Shown here: in pieces, positions 22,501 to 34,205 of the stretch | Layout of the letters: the number at the start of each line of letters is the position of its first letter | Position numbering within the stretch: the stretch's first letter is position 1 | Source: Macrostomum lignano | Lineage: Eukaryota | Reading direction: 5' to 3' | Length of the DNA stretch: 64,000 nt | NCBI GenBank assembly: GCA_002269645.1 | Contig: NIVC01000012.1 | Span: forward strand, 1,659,362 to 1,723,361 | Translations under genes and position numbers: made by a program | The notes under the pieces: model-generated | What the model was told of the DNA's origin: nothing | Databases searched by the model: none | The model's input: only the letters and a program-made list of their open reading frames with translations

Positions 22501-25500
22501 ACCTTTCCCGACCTGGTGAACAAGGGCGCCCAGGAGGAGAAGCTGATGATTGCCAGAAACATCACCTACCCCCTGTCTAAGGGCTACGTCACTGTAAAAT
22601 GCCGGAATCAGGAAGATATTAAGAATCGCAAATCGCTAAAGGACGCAAAGGCTGATGAGGCTTTGTTTTTTAACACTGACCCGTTCTTTAAACAATTGGA
22701 CTCGATGTACCGAGGCTCCGATACGCTTGCTAGGAGATTGAGCGAGGAGCTGCTGTACCTCGTTAAGGTAAGACTTTTGTTATAGATATTTGCAAAATCG
22801 TCTAGATTAACTTTGATTCGTGCGTAAGTCCTCAGTTCTACAGAGCCCGGCATCAATGGGGTTGGGTGCGTGCCCCGTCCCCCAGCCCGGCATCAATGGG
22901 GTTGGGTGCGTGCCCCGTCCCCCAGCCCGGCATCAATGGGGTTGGGTGCGTGCCCCGTCCCCCAGCCCGGCATCAATGGGGTTGGGTGCGTGCCCCGTCC
23001 CCCAGCCCGGCATCAATGGGGTTGGATGCGTGCCCCGTCCCCGAGCCCGGCATCAATGGGGTTGGGGTTGGGTGCCCCGTCCCCAAGCCCGGCATCAATG
23101 GGGTTGGGTGCGTGCCCCGTCCCCCAGCCCGGCATCAATGGGGTTGGGTGCGTGCCCCGTCCCCCAGCCCGGCATCAATGGGGTTGGGTGCGTGCCCCGT
23201 CCCCAAGCCCGGCATCAATGGGGTTGGGTGCGTGCCCCGTCCCCCAGCCCGGCATCAATGGGGTTGGGTGCGTGCCCCGTCCCCAAGCCCGGCATCAATG
23301 GGGTTGGGTGCGTGCCCCGTCCCCCAGCCCGGCATCTATGGGGTTGGGTGCGTGCCCCGTCCCCCAGCCCGGCATCAATGGGGTTGGGTGCGTGCCCCGT
23401 CCCCCAGCCCGGCATCAATGGGGTTGGGTGCGTGCCCGTCCCCCAGCCCGGCATCAATGGGGTTGGGTGCGTGCCCGTCCCCCAGCCCGGCGTCAATGGG
23501 TTGGGTGTCCCATTCCCCCGATTCCTGAGTCACAAGCAGTTTTTCCACCTATTAATTCACCTTATTCTTATTTGCAGAAATTCATCCCGGAACTCATTAG
23601 CGATGTGCAAAGCGTACGCGAGCGACTGGGCCAAGAGCTGGCCCAGATGGGCAAAGGTCCGCCCGAGGACGACCGCTCGAAGGTGGCCCTGATTGCCAGA
23701 ATGTTTAACGACTTTACCAAACTATTCGAGAAAGAGGCCTCCGGTATGAGGTTCTAAAATATGTCCAAATCCTACTAAGAAACTCTAGGGCACTAGGGCC
23801 CAGTTAGTCAAGGCGGCGATCCCCCTCCCGACTAACTTATCCGCAGGCAAGTCGCACAACTTCCAAGAGGACTCCGGCAAGAAGAACCTCCACCAGCGCT
23901 GCCGACAGCACTGGTGCCATCTGGCCGAGCAGATGGAGAAAACTGTGCGCCAGATCGGCGACGACGACGCCAAAATTCGCAAAGCCGTGCGCGACTTTTT
24001 GGACGATCAGCGCGGTCGCGAACTGCCTAACTTTCAGTCGGCTTACCCGGTCATCGAGTGCATCATCCGCCAGCGACTGGTGGCGCCGCTGCGTCAGCTG
24101 GCGATGCACTGCCTCCGGGATGTGAGCGTCGAGGTTGACGACACGCTGAGGGATCTGGCTGACTCGGTTTTTACCTCCTATCCGAGGCTTGATCAGTATG
24201 TTAAGGTAAGTGTCTCCTGTGAGACATCAGTGACATTACAGCCGATGCTTAATTAAGAACGAATGACTCATTGGCTGTGTACACTGGTGCATGCTTTGAT
24301 TATTTTGACGAATGACTCATGGGCTGTGTACACTGGTGCATGCTTCGGTTATTTGGACGAATGACTCATGGGCTGTGTACACTGGTGCATGCTTCGGTTA
24401 TTTGGACGAATGACTCATGGGCTGTGTACACTGGTGCATGCTTCGGTTATTTGGACGAATGACTCATGGGCTGTGTACACTGGTGCATGCTTCGGTTATT
24501 TGGACGAATGACTCATGGGCTGTGTACACTGGTGCATGCTTCGGTTATTTGGACGAATGACTCATGGGCTGTGTACACTGGTGCATGCTTCGGTTATTTC
24601 GACGAATGACTCATGGTGCATGCTTTGGTTATTTGGACGAATGACTGGTCTACAGCGGTGGTAGCCAAACAATTTCTGGCAAAACAGCTGCAATCGTGAG
24701 TCATCTCCAAACAAAACCGCAGGAGTCTGTGCAGGGCATCAAAGAGCGCATGTACTCTCGGGCCAAGGACGATCTAGATCGTCAGTTCGACCAGGAGAGC
24801 TACGTGTGGACCAGCGATTTGACATTCGACGATGAATCCAACAGACGCGAGGCTACCCGCTCTCTGGTGATGAACGTTATGGTGCTGCCGAATCGGAATA
24901 TGTACTCTTTCACTGAGCAGTTTAACCGCCAATCCGTAGAGTGGATCGCTGACCATTGCTGTCGTGAGTATGAAATGATTATTTCATTTGTTTAAATTAA
25001 ATTAAATTAATATCACGCAACTAGCTACTAAAGGAGAAATAGAAGAATATTACGCAACAAATTAAACATAGAGTCCATGCACTTTTCATCTAGGTCCTGA
25101 GGACGAGTCTAACACGGAGTTCGCTGCCTGGTTTCAAGGCATTTTTCAGCGTAAGGGCACTTTCTTCATTTGTATCACAAATGCTACGCGTACACCTCTA
25201 TAAAATCCTGTCATAAGCAGCACGTGTACTTTAAAATACACAGAGTACTTCAGCCAGAGCTCCGCGTCACAAGACGAGAAGGCATCCGGCCCGAAATCAC
25301 CTCGCGACGCCGATCACGAGCCTGATGAAGCCATCGAAAGGTGTTTAAACTCGTTGCACGCCTACATGAAGGTGAGTTAGAATAGTTTTGCGCTGTAGTT
25401 CTTAAAATATGCTAAGAGAAAGCATTTCGAAGACTTTTGGTTTGTTTCTTTAAATAGAACTCTGTTCTGACGTTAGTTAATTTGTTTCTATAAATAGATT

Positions 25501-25893
25501 AAAGTTTTTTGACGTCATTCTAAATGTTTCTAAAAATAGATCAAAGTTTTTGATATGCTACGCTCGTTTATTGTTATTTAATCCGTATGATAGCGACTCT
25601 CTCGAAAAATAGCATAATAAAATCGAATGAAAGAAATTAATTTCATCTTCACCGCCGAGCAGATCGCCTTCACCCGCATGATTGACAACGCGCCGCTCTG
25701 CATGATGCACTTCATGCTTTACAAGCTGGCCGATGAACTCTGCAACGAGGTCAGCATCTTTCAGCAGGAGTCTGAGAAGCTGGACCAGCTGCTAGAGGAG
25801 AAGGAAGGCATCAGGATTCACCGGATCGAGACTAAAAACCGGCTGAAAGCTCTGGCCGAGGCTGAGAACGATCTCTGCCGCATCTCGCTTTAG
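19536..25893 (+). CDS. Mx: Mx-like dynamin-superfamily GTPase, 11 exons, 772 aa, intact
   Basis: Exons 19536-19591, 20212-20397, 20602-21082, 22125-22263, 22493-22767, 23578-23743, 23847-24205, 24723-24963, 25094-25150, 25244-25371, 25663-25893; all GT-AG and phase-consistent. YNEQIKPCYDQI, GDQSTGKSS (G1), GVVTLCPL (G2), DLPG (G3), TFPD (G4), KGYVTVKCRNQ and a GED match Mx proteins. Confidence 0.93.
19627..20112 (+). repeat. 66-bp (34+32) minisatellite in Mx intron 1
   Basis: GGAAATTCCC recurs at 19681, 19747, 19813, 19879, 19945, 20011. Confidence 0.97.
21244..21885 (+). repeat. 19-bp minisatellite (gcgtggcctttcctagaaa)n in Mx intron 3
   Basis: Direct inspection. Confidence 0.97.
22843..23510 (+). 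repeat. 39-bp GC-rich minisatellite in Mx intron 5
   Basis: (agcccggcatcaatggggttgggtgcgtgccccgtcccc)n. Confidence 0.97.
24258..24645 (+). repeat. 49-bp minisatellite in Mx intron 7
   Basis: ATGACTCAT at 24263, 24312, 24361, 24410, 24459, 24508, 24557, 24606. Confidence 0.97.
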
Positions 25894-26677
25894 ATTGGAC
25901 AAGCTCGCACGACGAATTTTTCGATACATATCGGTTCACCAAGGATGACATCTTTACAAACCTTGCGTTACACCAAGAATTTTGCTATTATCGAATTCTG
26001 ATTAAACTTGTTTTATCGTCGTGTACTAATTAATATATATTCGCCTTTAATGCTTTTTTGACTCATATTAACAATTTTATTTCGTCATGACCCTGGCATT
26101 GCTATCATAGTCTAATGTTAGCTTTTGGTCTGTGTTATAACATCTTTAAATTTCCAATAATTTTGATACAAAATTGTTAAACGAAGCTTTAAGAAAAATT
26201 GCTTTAAAAATTGTTTTCAATAAATAAAAGTGCTCATAAATCTATTAAAATCTATGATTATTAATGCTGGTAATTTCTGGTATACTTGTTCAATATTTTA
26301 GTTCTAAACTTGCGTCAGCCTACTTTTAGTAGATCTGCTGCGCGCATGTTTCGTTCGAGTTTACACAGTCAATATCATTCATTAGTGAACTTCATAATAC
26401 TACTAAATTATATAGTGTTGACGTACATGAGGATTTTAACTACATGTATATCCAGGGCTATCAAATATCAGTACCTGGTTTATTGTAATTCAAACTGTTT
26501 ATTTGCGTGATTATAATATATAGGTGGCTGACAGGGCCCATTGATAAGGGGCAAAGGAGTGCAGGCCAAGGGAAAGTTTAAGGTTAGGGTTAGGCTTAAG
26601 TGAAAGATAAGTTAAAGATGGAAGAGAATTAAAAAAACAGACAAACAGACGGACAGGCAGGCACAAATACACTGAGA

Positions 26678-27890
26678 TACTAATGCACTAATAAGAAACT
26701 AATGCACTAATAAGAAACTAATGCACTAATAAGAAACTAATGCACTAATAAGAAACTAATGCACTAATAAGAAACTAATGCACAAATAAGAAACTAATGC
26801 ACTAATAAGAAACTAATGCACTAATAAGAAACTAATGCACTAATAAGAAACTAATGCACTAATAAGAAACTAATGCACTAATAAGAAACTAATGCACTAA
26901 TAAGAAACTAATGCACTAATAAGAAACTAATGCACAAATAAGAAACTAATGCACTAATAAGAAACTAATGCAATAATAAGAAACTAATGCACTAATAAGA
27001 AACTAATGCACTAAGAAACTAATGCACTAAGAAACTAATGCACTAAGGCACTAACTCACTAGACACTAAGGCACTAATGCACTAGACACTAAGGCACTAA
27101 TGCACTAGACACTAAGGCACTAATGCACTAGACACTAAGGCACTAATGCACTAGACACTAAGGCACTAATGCACTAGACACTAAGGCACTAATGCACTAG
27201 ACACTAAGGCACTAATGCACTAGACACTAAGGCACTAATGCACTAGACACTAAGGCACTAATGCACTAGACACTAAGGCACTAATGCACTAGACACTAAG
27301 GCACTAATGCACTAGACACTAAGGCACTAATGCACTAGACACTAAGGCACTAATGCACTAGACACTAAGGCACTAATGCACTAGACACTAAGGCACTAAT
27401 TCACTAGACACTAAGGCACTAATGCACTAGACACTAAGGCACTAACTCACTAGACACTAAGGCACTAATGCACTAGACACTAAGGCACTAATTCACTAGA
27501 CACTAAGGCACTAATGCACTAGACACTAAGGCACTAATGCACTAGACACTAAGGCACTAATGCACTAGACACTAAGGCACTAACTCACTAGACACTAAGG
27601 CACTAATGCACTAGACACTAAGGCACTAATGCACTAGACACTAAGGCACTAATGCACTAGACACTAAGGCACTAATGCACTAGACACTAAGGCACTAATG
27701 CACTAGACACTAAGGCACTAATGCACTAGACACTAAGGCACTAATGCACTAGACACTAAGGCACTAATGCACTAGACACTAAGGCACTAATGCACTAGAC
27801 ACTAAGGCACTAATTCACTAGACACTAAGGCACTAATGCACTAGACACTAAGGCACTAATGCACTAGACACTAAGGCACTAATGCACTAA
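26678..27890 (+). repeat. compound satellite: 19-bp (aagaaactaatgcactaat)n then 23-bp (ctaaggcactaatgcactagaca)n
   Basis: Direct inspection; switch near 27045. Confidence 0.97.
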
Positions 27891-28308
27891 GACCGACAGT
27901 CATCAGTAACGCAAGGGATTGATAAAATAAAGATAAAGGCAAAATATAATCGATTGCGCACATACAAGACTTTTCATTTTTAGTATAATTGATTGAAAGA
28001 TAATATTAACATGGATAACTTTTACTATGCACGATTCTAAGAATCAAACTAATTTTGTATGGTGCGGGAAATTTTCGTCTTGTTAAAGTTTGCAACCTTT
28101 GCAACATGGCTTAGTGTGTCTTCATACTAGGTCTCAGACATGCATAAGTCGATACAGTCTGTGAATAAATTTGTATGACATTATAATACCTGTTACCATT
28201 TTAAAAATATTTTTTGCAACAGCTGGCAGTTAAGTAAAAATATTGAGAGTTTTTAATCACCTTTGAGTCTAATCAGGTTCAAGTTTGAGTCCAGATAAAT
28301 TACAGTAA

Positions 28309-30540
28309 GACAGGGTTTGAGTCTAGATTGAGACTAGTTTTGAGTCTAGATTGAGACTAGTTTTGAGTCTAGATTGAGACAGGGTTTGAGTCTAGATTGA
28401 GACACGGTTTGAGTCTAGATTGAGACTAGTTTTGAGTCTAGATTGAGACTAGTTTTGAGTCTAGATTGAGACACGGTTTGAGTCTAGATTGAGACTAGTT
28501 TTGAGTCTAGATTGAGACACGGTTTGAGTCTAGATTGAGACTAGTTTTGAGTCTAGATTGAGACTAGTTTTGAGTCTAGATTGAGACTAGTTTTGAGTCT
28601 AGATTGAGACTAGTTTTTAGTCTAGATTGAGACTAGTTTTTAGTCTAGATTGAGACACGGTTTGAGTCTAGATTGAGACTAGTTTTGAGTCTAGATTGAG
28701 ACTAGTTTTGAGTCTAGATTGAGACTAGTTTTGAGTCTAGATTGAGACTAGTTTTGAGTCTAGATTGAGACTAGTTTTGAGTCTAGATTGAGACTAGTTT
28801 TGAGTCTAGATTGAGACACGGTTTGAGTCTAGATTGAGACACGGTTTGAGTCTAGATTGAGACTAGTTTTGAGTCTAGATTGAGACTAGTTTTGAGTCTA
28901 GATTGAGACTAGTTTTGAGTCTAGATTGAGACACGGTTTGAGTCTAGATTGAGACTAGTTTTGAGTCTAGATTGAGACACGGTTTGAGTCTAGATTGAGA
29001 CACGGTTTGAGTCTAGATTGAGACTAGTTTTGAGTCTAGATTGAGACTAGTTTTGAGTCTAGATTGAGACTAGTTTTGAGTCTAGATTGAGACTAGTTTT
29101 GAGTCTAGATTGAGACAGGGTTTGAGTCTAGATTGAGACTAGTTTTGAGTCTAGATTGAGACTAGTTTTGAGTCTAGATTGAGACTAGTTTTGAGTCTAG
29201 ATTGAGACTAGTTTTGAGTCTAGATTGAGACTAGTTTTGAGTCTAGATTGAGACTAGTTTTGAGTCTAGATTGAGACTAGTTTTGAGTCTAGATTGAGAC
29301 TAGTTTTGAGTCTAGATTGAGACAGGGTTTGAGTCTAGATTGAGACTAGTTTTGAGTCTAGATTGAGACTAGTTTTGAGTCTAGATTGAGACTAGTTTTG
29401 AGTCTAGATTGAGACTAGTTTTGAGTCTAGATTGAGACTAGTTTTGAGTCTAGATTGAGACTAGTTTTGAGTCTAGATTGAGACACGGTTTGAGTCTAGA
29501 TTGAGACACGGTTTGAGTCTAGATTGAGACTAGTTTTGAGTCTAGATTGAGACTAGTTTTGAGTCTAGATTGAGACTAGTTTTGAGTCTAGATTGAGACA
29601 CGGTTTGAGTCTAGATTGAGACTAGTTTTGAGTCTAGATTGAGACACGGTTTGAGTCTAGATTGAGACACGGTTTGAGTCTAGATTGAGACTAGTTTTGA
29701 GTCTAGATTGAGACTAGTTTTGAGTCTAGATTGAGACTAGTTTTGAGTCTAGATTGAGACTAGTTTTGAGTCTAGATTGAGACACGGTTTGAGTCTAGAT
29801 TGAGACTAGTTTTGAGTCTAGATTGAGACTAGTTTTGAGTCTAGATTGAGACTAGTTTTGAGTCTAGATTGAGACTAGTTTTGAGTCTAGATTGAGACTA
29901 GTTTTGAGTCTAGATTGAGACTAGTTTTGAGTCTAGATTGAGACTAGTTTTGAGTCTAGATTGAGACACGGTTTGAGTCTAGATTGAGACTAGTTTTGAG
30001 TCTAGATTGAGACTAGTTTTGAGTCTAGATTGAGACTAGTTTTGAGTCTAGATTGAGACACGGTTTGAGTCTAGATTGAGACTAGTTTTGAGTCTAGATT
30101 GAGACTAGTTTTGAGTCTAGATTGAGACTAGTTTTGAGTCTAGATTGAGACACGGTTTGAGTCTAGATTGAGACTAGTTTTGAGTCTAGATTGAGACTAG
30201 TTTTGAGTCTAGATTGAGACAGGGTTTGAGTCTAGATTGAGACACGGTTTGAGTCTAGATTGAGACTAGTTTTGAGTCTATATTGAGACAGGGTTTGAGT
30301 CTAGATTGAGACACGGTTTGAGTCTAGATTGAGACTAGTTTTGAGTCTAGATTGAGACACGGTTTGAGTCTATATTGAGACACGGTTTGAGTCTAGATTG
30401 AGACACGGTTTGAGTCTATATTGAGACACGGTTTGAGTCTAGATTGAGACACGGTTTTGAGTCTAGATTGAGACACGGTTTGAGTCTAGATTGAGACACG
30501 GTTTGAGTCTATATTGAGACACGGTTTGAGTCTAGACAGA
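28309..30540 (+). repeat. 23-bp satellite (tttgagtctagattgagactagt / ...gacacgg)n
   Basis: Direct inspection, about 95 monomers. Confidence 0.97.
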
Positions 30541-30649
30541 GACAGTATTTGGGGGACACTTAAGTGTTGGTTTGAAGTTAATTAACATCATGTTTGAGTC
30601 CAATTGACATGAAGAATCATGAGGAGCAACAAAAACATTTTTTCAATCA

Positions 30650-31282
30650 TCAGGACGACTTTGAGTAGAGATCGAAGCTGCTCTTCATCGCTTTCCCAAC
30701 CGGCTCGTCCTCCACAGTGCCGATGTCCAGACTCTTGATGAACCTGGCCACGTGCACCACAGTGGGGTGGCTCAGCAGGTAGATGAACACAGACATGGTC
30801 GTCAGGATGCCCAGAGCATTGAACAGGATTGCCAAGTTGCCGTACAGAGCGGCTCGTTTATGCGACTGCTCGTCTTTCTTGTTCGCCAGCAGATTGTGCG
30901 CCCGCACTGACAAGGCCACGGCAATGGCGCCGAATATGAAATTGAAAAATATTGTCACAATCACCGACACAACAAAATTGGTGACTCGATTCTTGTTGCT
31001 TGTCTCGAACTCCATGGGCAGCAGGCGAGGGACCCCGAGCTGTTTGGTTAGGGGAACCTCCGGGACCGCCTCGACCGCTTCAAGTTCCATCGGAGTCTGC
31101 CTTTGCTGCGGCTGCTGTTGCTGCAGAAGAGGCAAACGACTGCTTGACTCTGCTTCAGTGGATTGAAGCAGCGGATGGTTCATTAGACGAACCGACAGGA
31201 GACTGCTTGCCGCTGTCACGTCTGCGGCAGCGCCAACGCCTGCAGGATCTGCGTACAAATTGTTGTCAGGCAGTTCCTGCAT
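30650..31282 (-). CDS. CD225/dispanin (IFITM-like) membrane protein, 210 aa
   Basis: IFFNFIFGAIAVALSVRAH...ALYGNLAILFNALGIL resembles recalled IFITM3 [20 protein letters not shown]...AKCLNIWALILGI, with two hydrophobic segments. An acceptor ctccgctgcag lies just before the ATG, so an upstream exon is likely. Confidence 0.8.
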   Translation of the reverse strand: MQELPDNNLYADPAGVGAAADVTAASSLLSVRLMNHPLLQSTEAESSSRLPLLQQQQPQQRQTPMELEAVEAVPEVPLTKQLGVPRLLPMEFETSNKNRVTNFVVSVIVTIFFNFIFGAIAVALSVRAHNLLANKKDEQSHKRAALYGNLAILFNALGILTTMSVFIYLLSHPTVVHVARFIKSLDIGTVEDEPVGKAMKSSFDLYSKSS

Positions 31283-31629
31283 CCTGCAGCGGAGAGGCTG
31301 GAGATTGCAAGAGTAAACAGGTGGAGGGAGACAGGGAGATGAAGCTTAATATTTTATGAAATGCATATTTTCAGCAATTATTGCATCTCTCTTCCCTGAC
31401 TGTACAGTGTTGAGTTGTATGCATTTGTTGCTAATAGAACTTGGGTTGGTGGCTGTTCATTAAGCGTGGCCAATAAGCTCCAGAAGCAGAGAGCGGCTGT
31501 TTCCCCAATTCCAGCTCTTCATCTAGCGCACTTTGGCCTCTTCTTTTGCTAAATATTTTGTATTTCCATAAATAGTTCCTAGCGCTTAGATACTGAATTA
31601 TATTCACCATCTCAAACTTTAGATATCAT

Positions 31630-32475
31630 CAGGGGTGTCGCTACCGGTGGAACAGGGGGGACATGTCCCCCCAGTAAAATCTATGCGGGGACATGCCAAT
31701 GCTTTGTCCCCTTACCCCACCTTGTGACCCGTTATGGAAATCAATAATTTTGCTTCAGGGCGACAAAATATAGCGCCTGCGGCACCAAAATGAGTGCCTG
31801 CGGCACCAAAATGAGTGCCTGCGGTGTCAAAATGAGTGCCTGCGGCACCAAAATGAGTGCCTGCGGCGCCAAAATGAGTGCCTGCGGTGTCAAAATGAGT
31901 GCCTGCGGCGCCAAAATGAGTGCCTGCGGTGTCAAAATGAGTGCCTGCGGCGCCAAAATGAGTGCCTGCGGTGTCAAAATGAGTGCCTGCGGCGCCAAAA
32001 TGAGTGCCTGCGGCGCCAAAATGAGTGCCTGCGGCGCCAAAATGAGTGCCTGCGGTGTCAAAATGAGTGCCTGCGGCGCCAAAATGAGTGCCTGCGGTGT
32101 CAAAATGAGTGCCTGCGGCGCCAAAATGAGTGCCTGCGGCGCCAAAATGAGTGCCTGCGGTGTCAAAATGAGTGCCTGCGGTGCCAAAATGAGTGACTGC
32201 GGTGCCAAAATGAGTGCCTGCGGCGCCAAAATGAGTGCCTGCGGTGTCAAAATGAGTGCCTGCGGTGTCAAAATGAGTGCCTGCGGTGCCAAAATGAGTG
32301 CCTGCGGTGCCAAAATGAGTGACTGCGGTGCCAAAATGAGTGCCTGCGGCGTTAAAATGAGCGCTGACAACACCGATTTGGAAAATAATGTACATGTAGG
32401 AATTTAGTCATGTACATGTACATGTAGAATTCTTGGCTTTGCACCCCCACCATAAAATCCATGGCGATGCCCCTG
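31630..32475. mobile_element. hAT-type MITE with internal 21-bp minisatellite
   Basis: TIRs caggggtgtcgcta / tggcgatgcccctg; perfect 8-bp TSD GATATCAT (31622-31629, 32476-32483); internal (aaaatgagtgcctgcggcgcc)n at about 31775-32360. Confidence 0.9.
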
Positions 32476-33689
32476 GATATCATCATCCTCACCTAGCTAA
32501 GACTAAGGACCATTGGGAATATCTGACTATTAAAATTTTATTTAGGAAAATCTAGTTCTGAGAGAGCAATTTTGTTTAAAAATGCATTAGCAAGATTGGG
32601 ATTGTTCCCGATTAATTCCAGCTTGCTCAACAATGGCGGGCGAGACTTGCCACCGTCTGAAGTGACTACTGTGAGTGTAAATTCAGCATGAATTTGATTG
32701 CGGATTCGTTGGCTTAAAAACATGAAAAAAACATTAAATTTCGCGAGTGTCTTCCACTCTTCCACTTGCTATATAGTATCTGTGGTCTATGGTCGAAAGC
32801 GTGAAAGCGGCGGCTTCGCCCCCACACCTCCCATCTATGCCACACTTGAGCATTCAGTTTAGGACACGGCCAACCATAGGTATACACATAGGTGTATAGG
32901 TAAAGAAATTAATTTAATGTATCATCGAGCGGTTGAATTCAAACTAAGTTGGTCCTCGAATATGGTGCTGCTAACGATAGACCTGACATCAGACCCTGAT
33001 TCTTTCATTAAATTGACTGGTTCTGAATGTCACTGTTCTGTCTCTGTCAGTGCCATCAAACCATAGACTGTGTTTCGACCATAGACATTTAACATTCTTT
33101 CATTTTTACTGAGTGAGGTATCCAGAAAATGTTGTACATCGTAAACTAATCGTCACTTCTTCTACCACTAAAACCAGCGAGTTATCTCTACTGAACAATA
33201 TTGTCAATTAAGTACAAAAACTAATAAAAGTTCATTTAATGCATTTTGCCGAAGCAGATCGCATTCTTCTGCTTATGTAGCCTCATTTCCAGATTTCTCA
33301 CTCCAGATGTCCATGGTTTCTGCAGATCTTGGCTTCTACAAGACCAAATTTCCCAGAGGAAAAATATTTTATGCTCATTCCGGGAATTCGCTGCTAAACT
33401 CAATAAACAACTGTATCTTCTGATTGCTATATTATATTCTCTCATATATCGTCTTGAATCTTCTTGAAACCCTAAACACTATTCTATATACATACCGTTC
33501 TGCTTCTTCTCCTAGTGGAAGACACATTTTCTGCTCCGCTGGTTCTCACGATCGTCAATGCAGGAATTATTGCCTATCATAAATCATAAATACGTGCCAC
33601 AGGGTACAGCTAGCATTTCATTATTTTGATTGGGATATTTTCTGTATTTATAGTTATTACTTCGCAAGCTTTAATACATACTACGGAGA

Positions 33690-34205
33690 TAGGGGAAATA
33701 GATCTGACTAATATGGGCCTATAGATCTGACAATCTAGGTCTATAGATCTGACTAATATAAGTCTATAAATCTGACTAATATAGGCCCATAGATCTGACA
33801 ATCTAGGTCTATAGATCTGACTAATCTAGGTCTATAGATCTGACTAATATAGGTCTATAGATCTGACTAATATATTTCTATAGATCTGACTAATATATTT
33901 CTATAGATCTGACTAATATATTTCTATAGATCTCACTAACATAAGTATCATTAGTCAGACCTATATTAGTCAGATATATATATATATCTGACTAATATAG
34001 GTCTATAGATCCGGCTAATATAGATCTATATATCTGACTAATATAGGCCTATAGATCTGACTAATATATTTCTATAGATCTGACTAATATATGTCTATAG
34101 ATCTAACTAGCATCTATAGATCTAACTATAGATCTGACTAATATAGGTCGATAGGTCTGACTAATCTAGGTCTGTAGATCTGACTAATATAGATCTATAG
34201 ATCTG
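33690..34205. repeat. 23-bp (atagatctgactaatataggtct)n repeat with internal inversion
   Basis: Direct inspection; 48-bp perfect palindrome at 33957-34004. Confidence 0.9.

Noticed and set aside
22845-23510. Transcription-factor motif in the 39-bp Mx intron 5 repeat (GCGTG core, GC boxes)
   Set aside because: Only short, common motifs; not comparable to the 9-10 bp exact matches in the other arrays.
19618-24645. CRISPR-like regular repeats (66, 39, 49 bp)
   Set aside because: Tandem units without unique spacers, no cas genes, eukaryotic introns.
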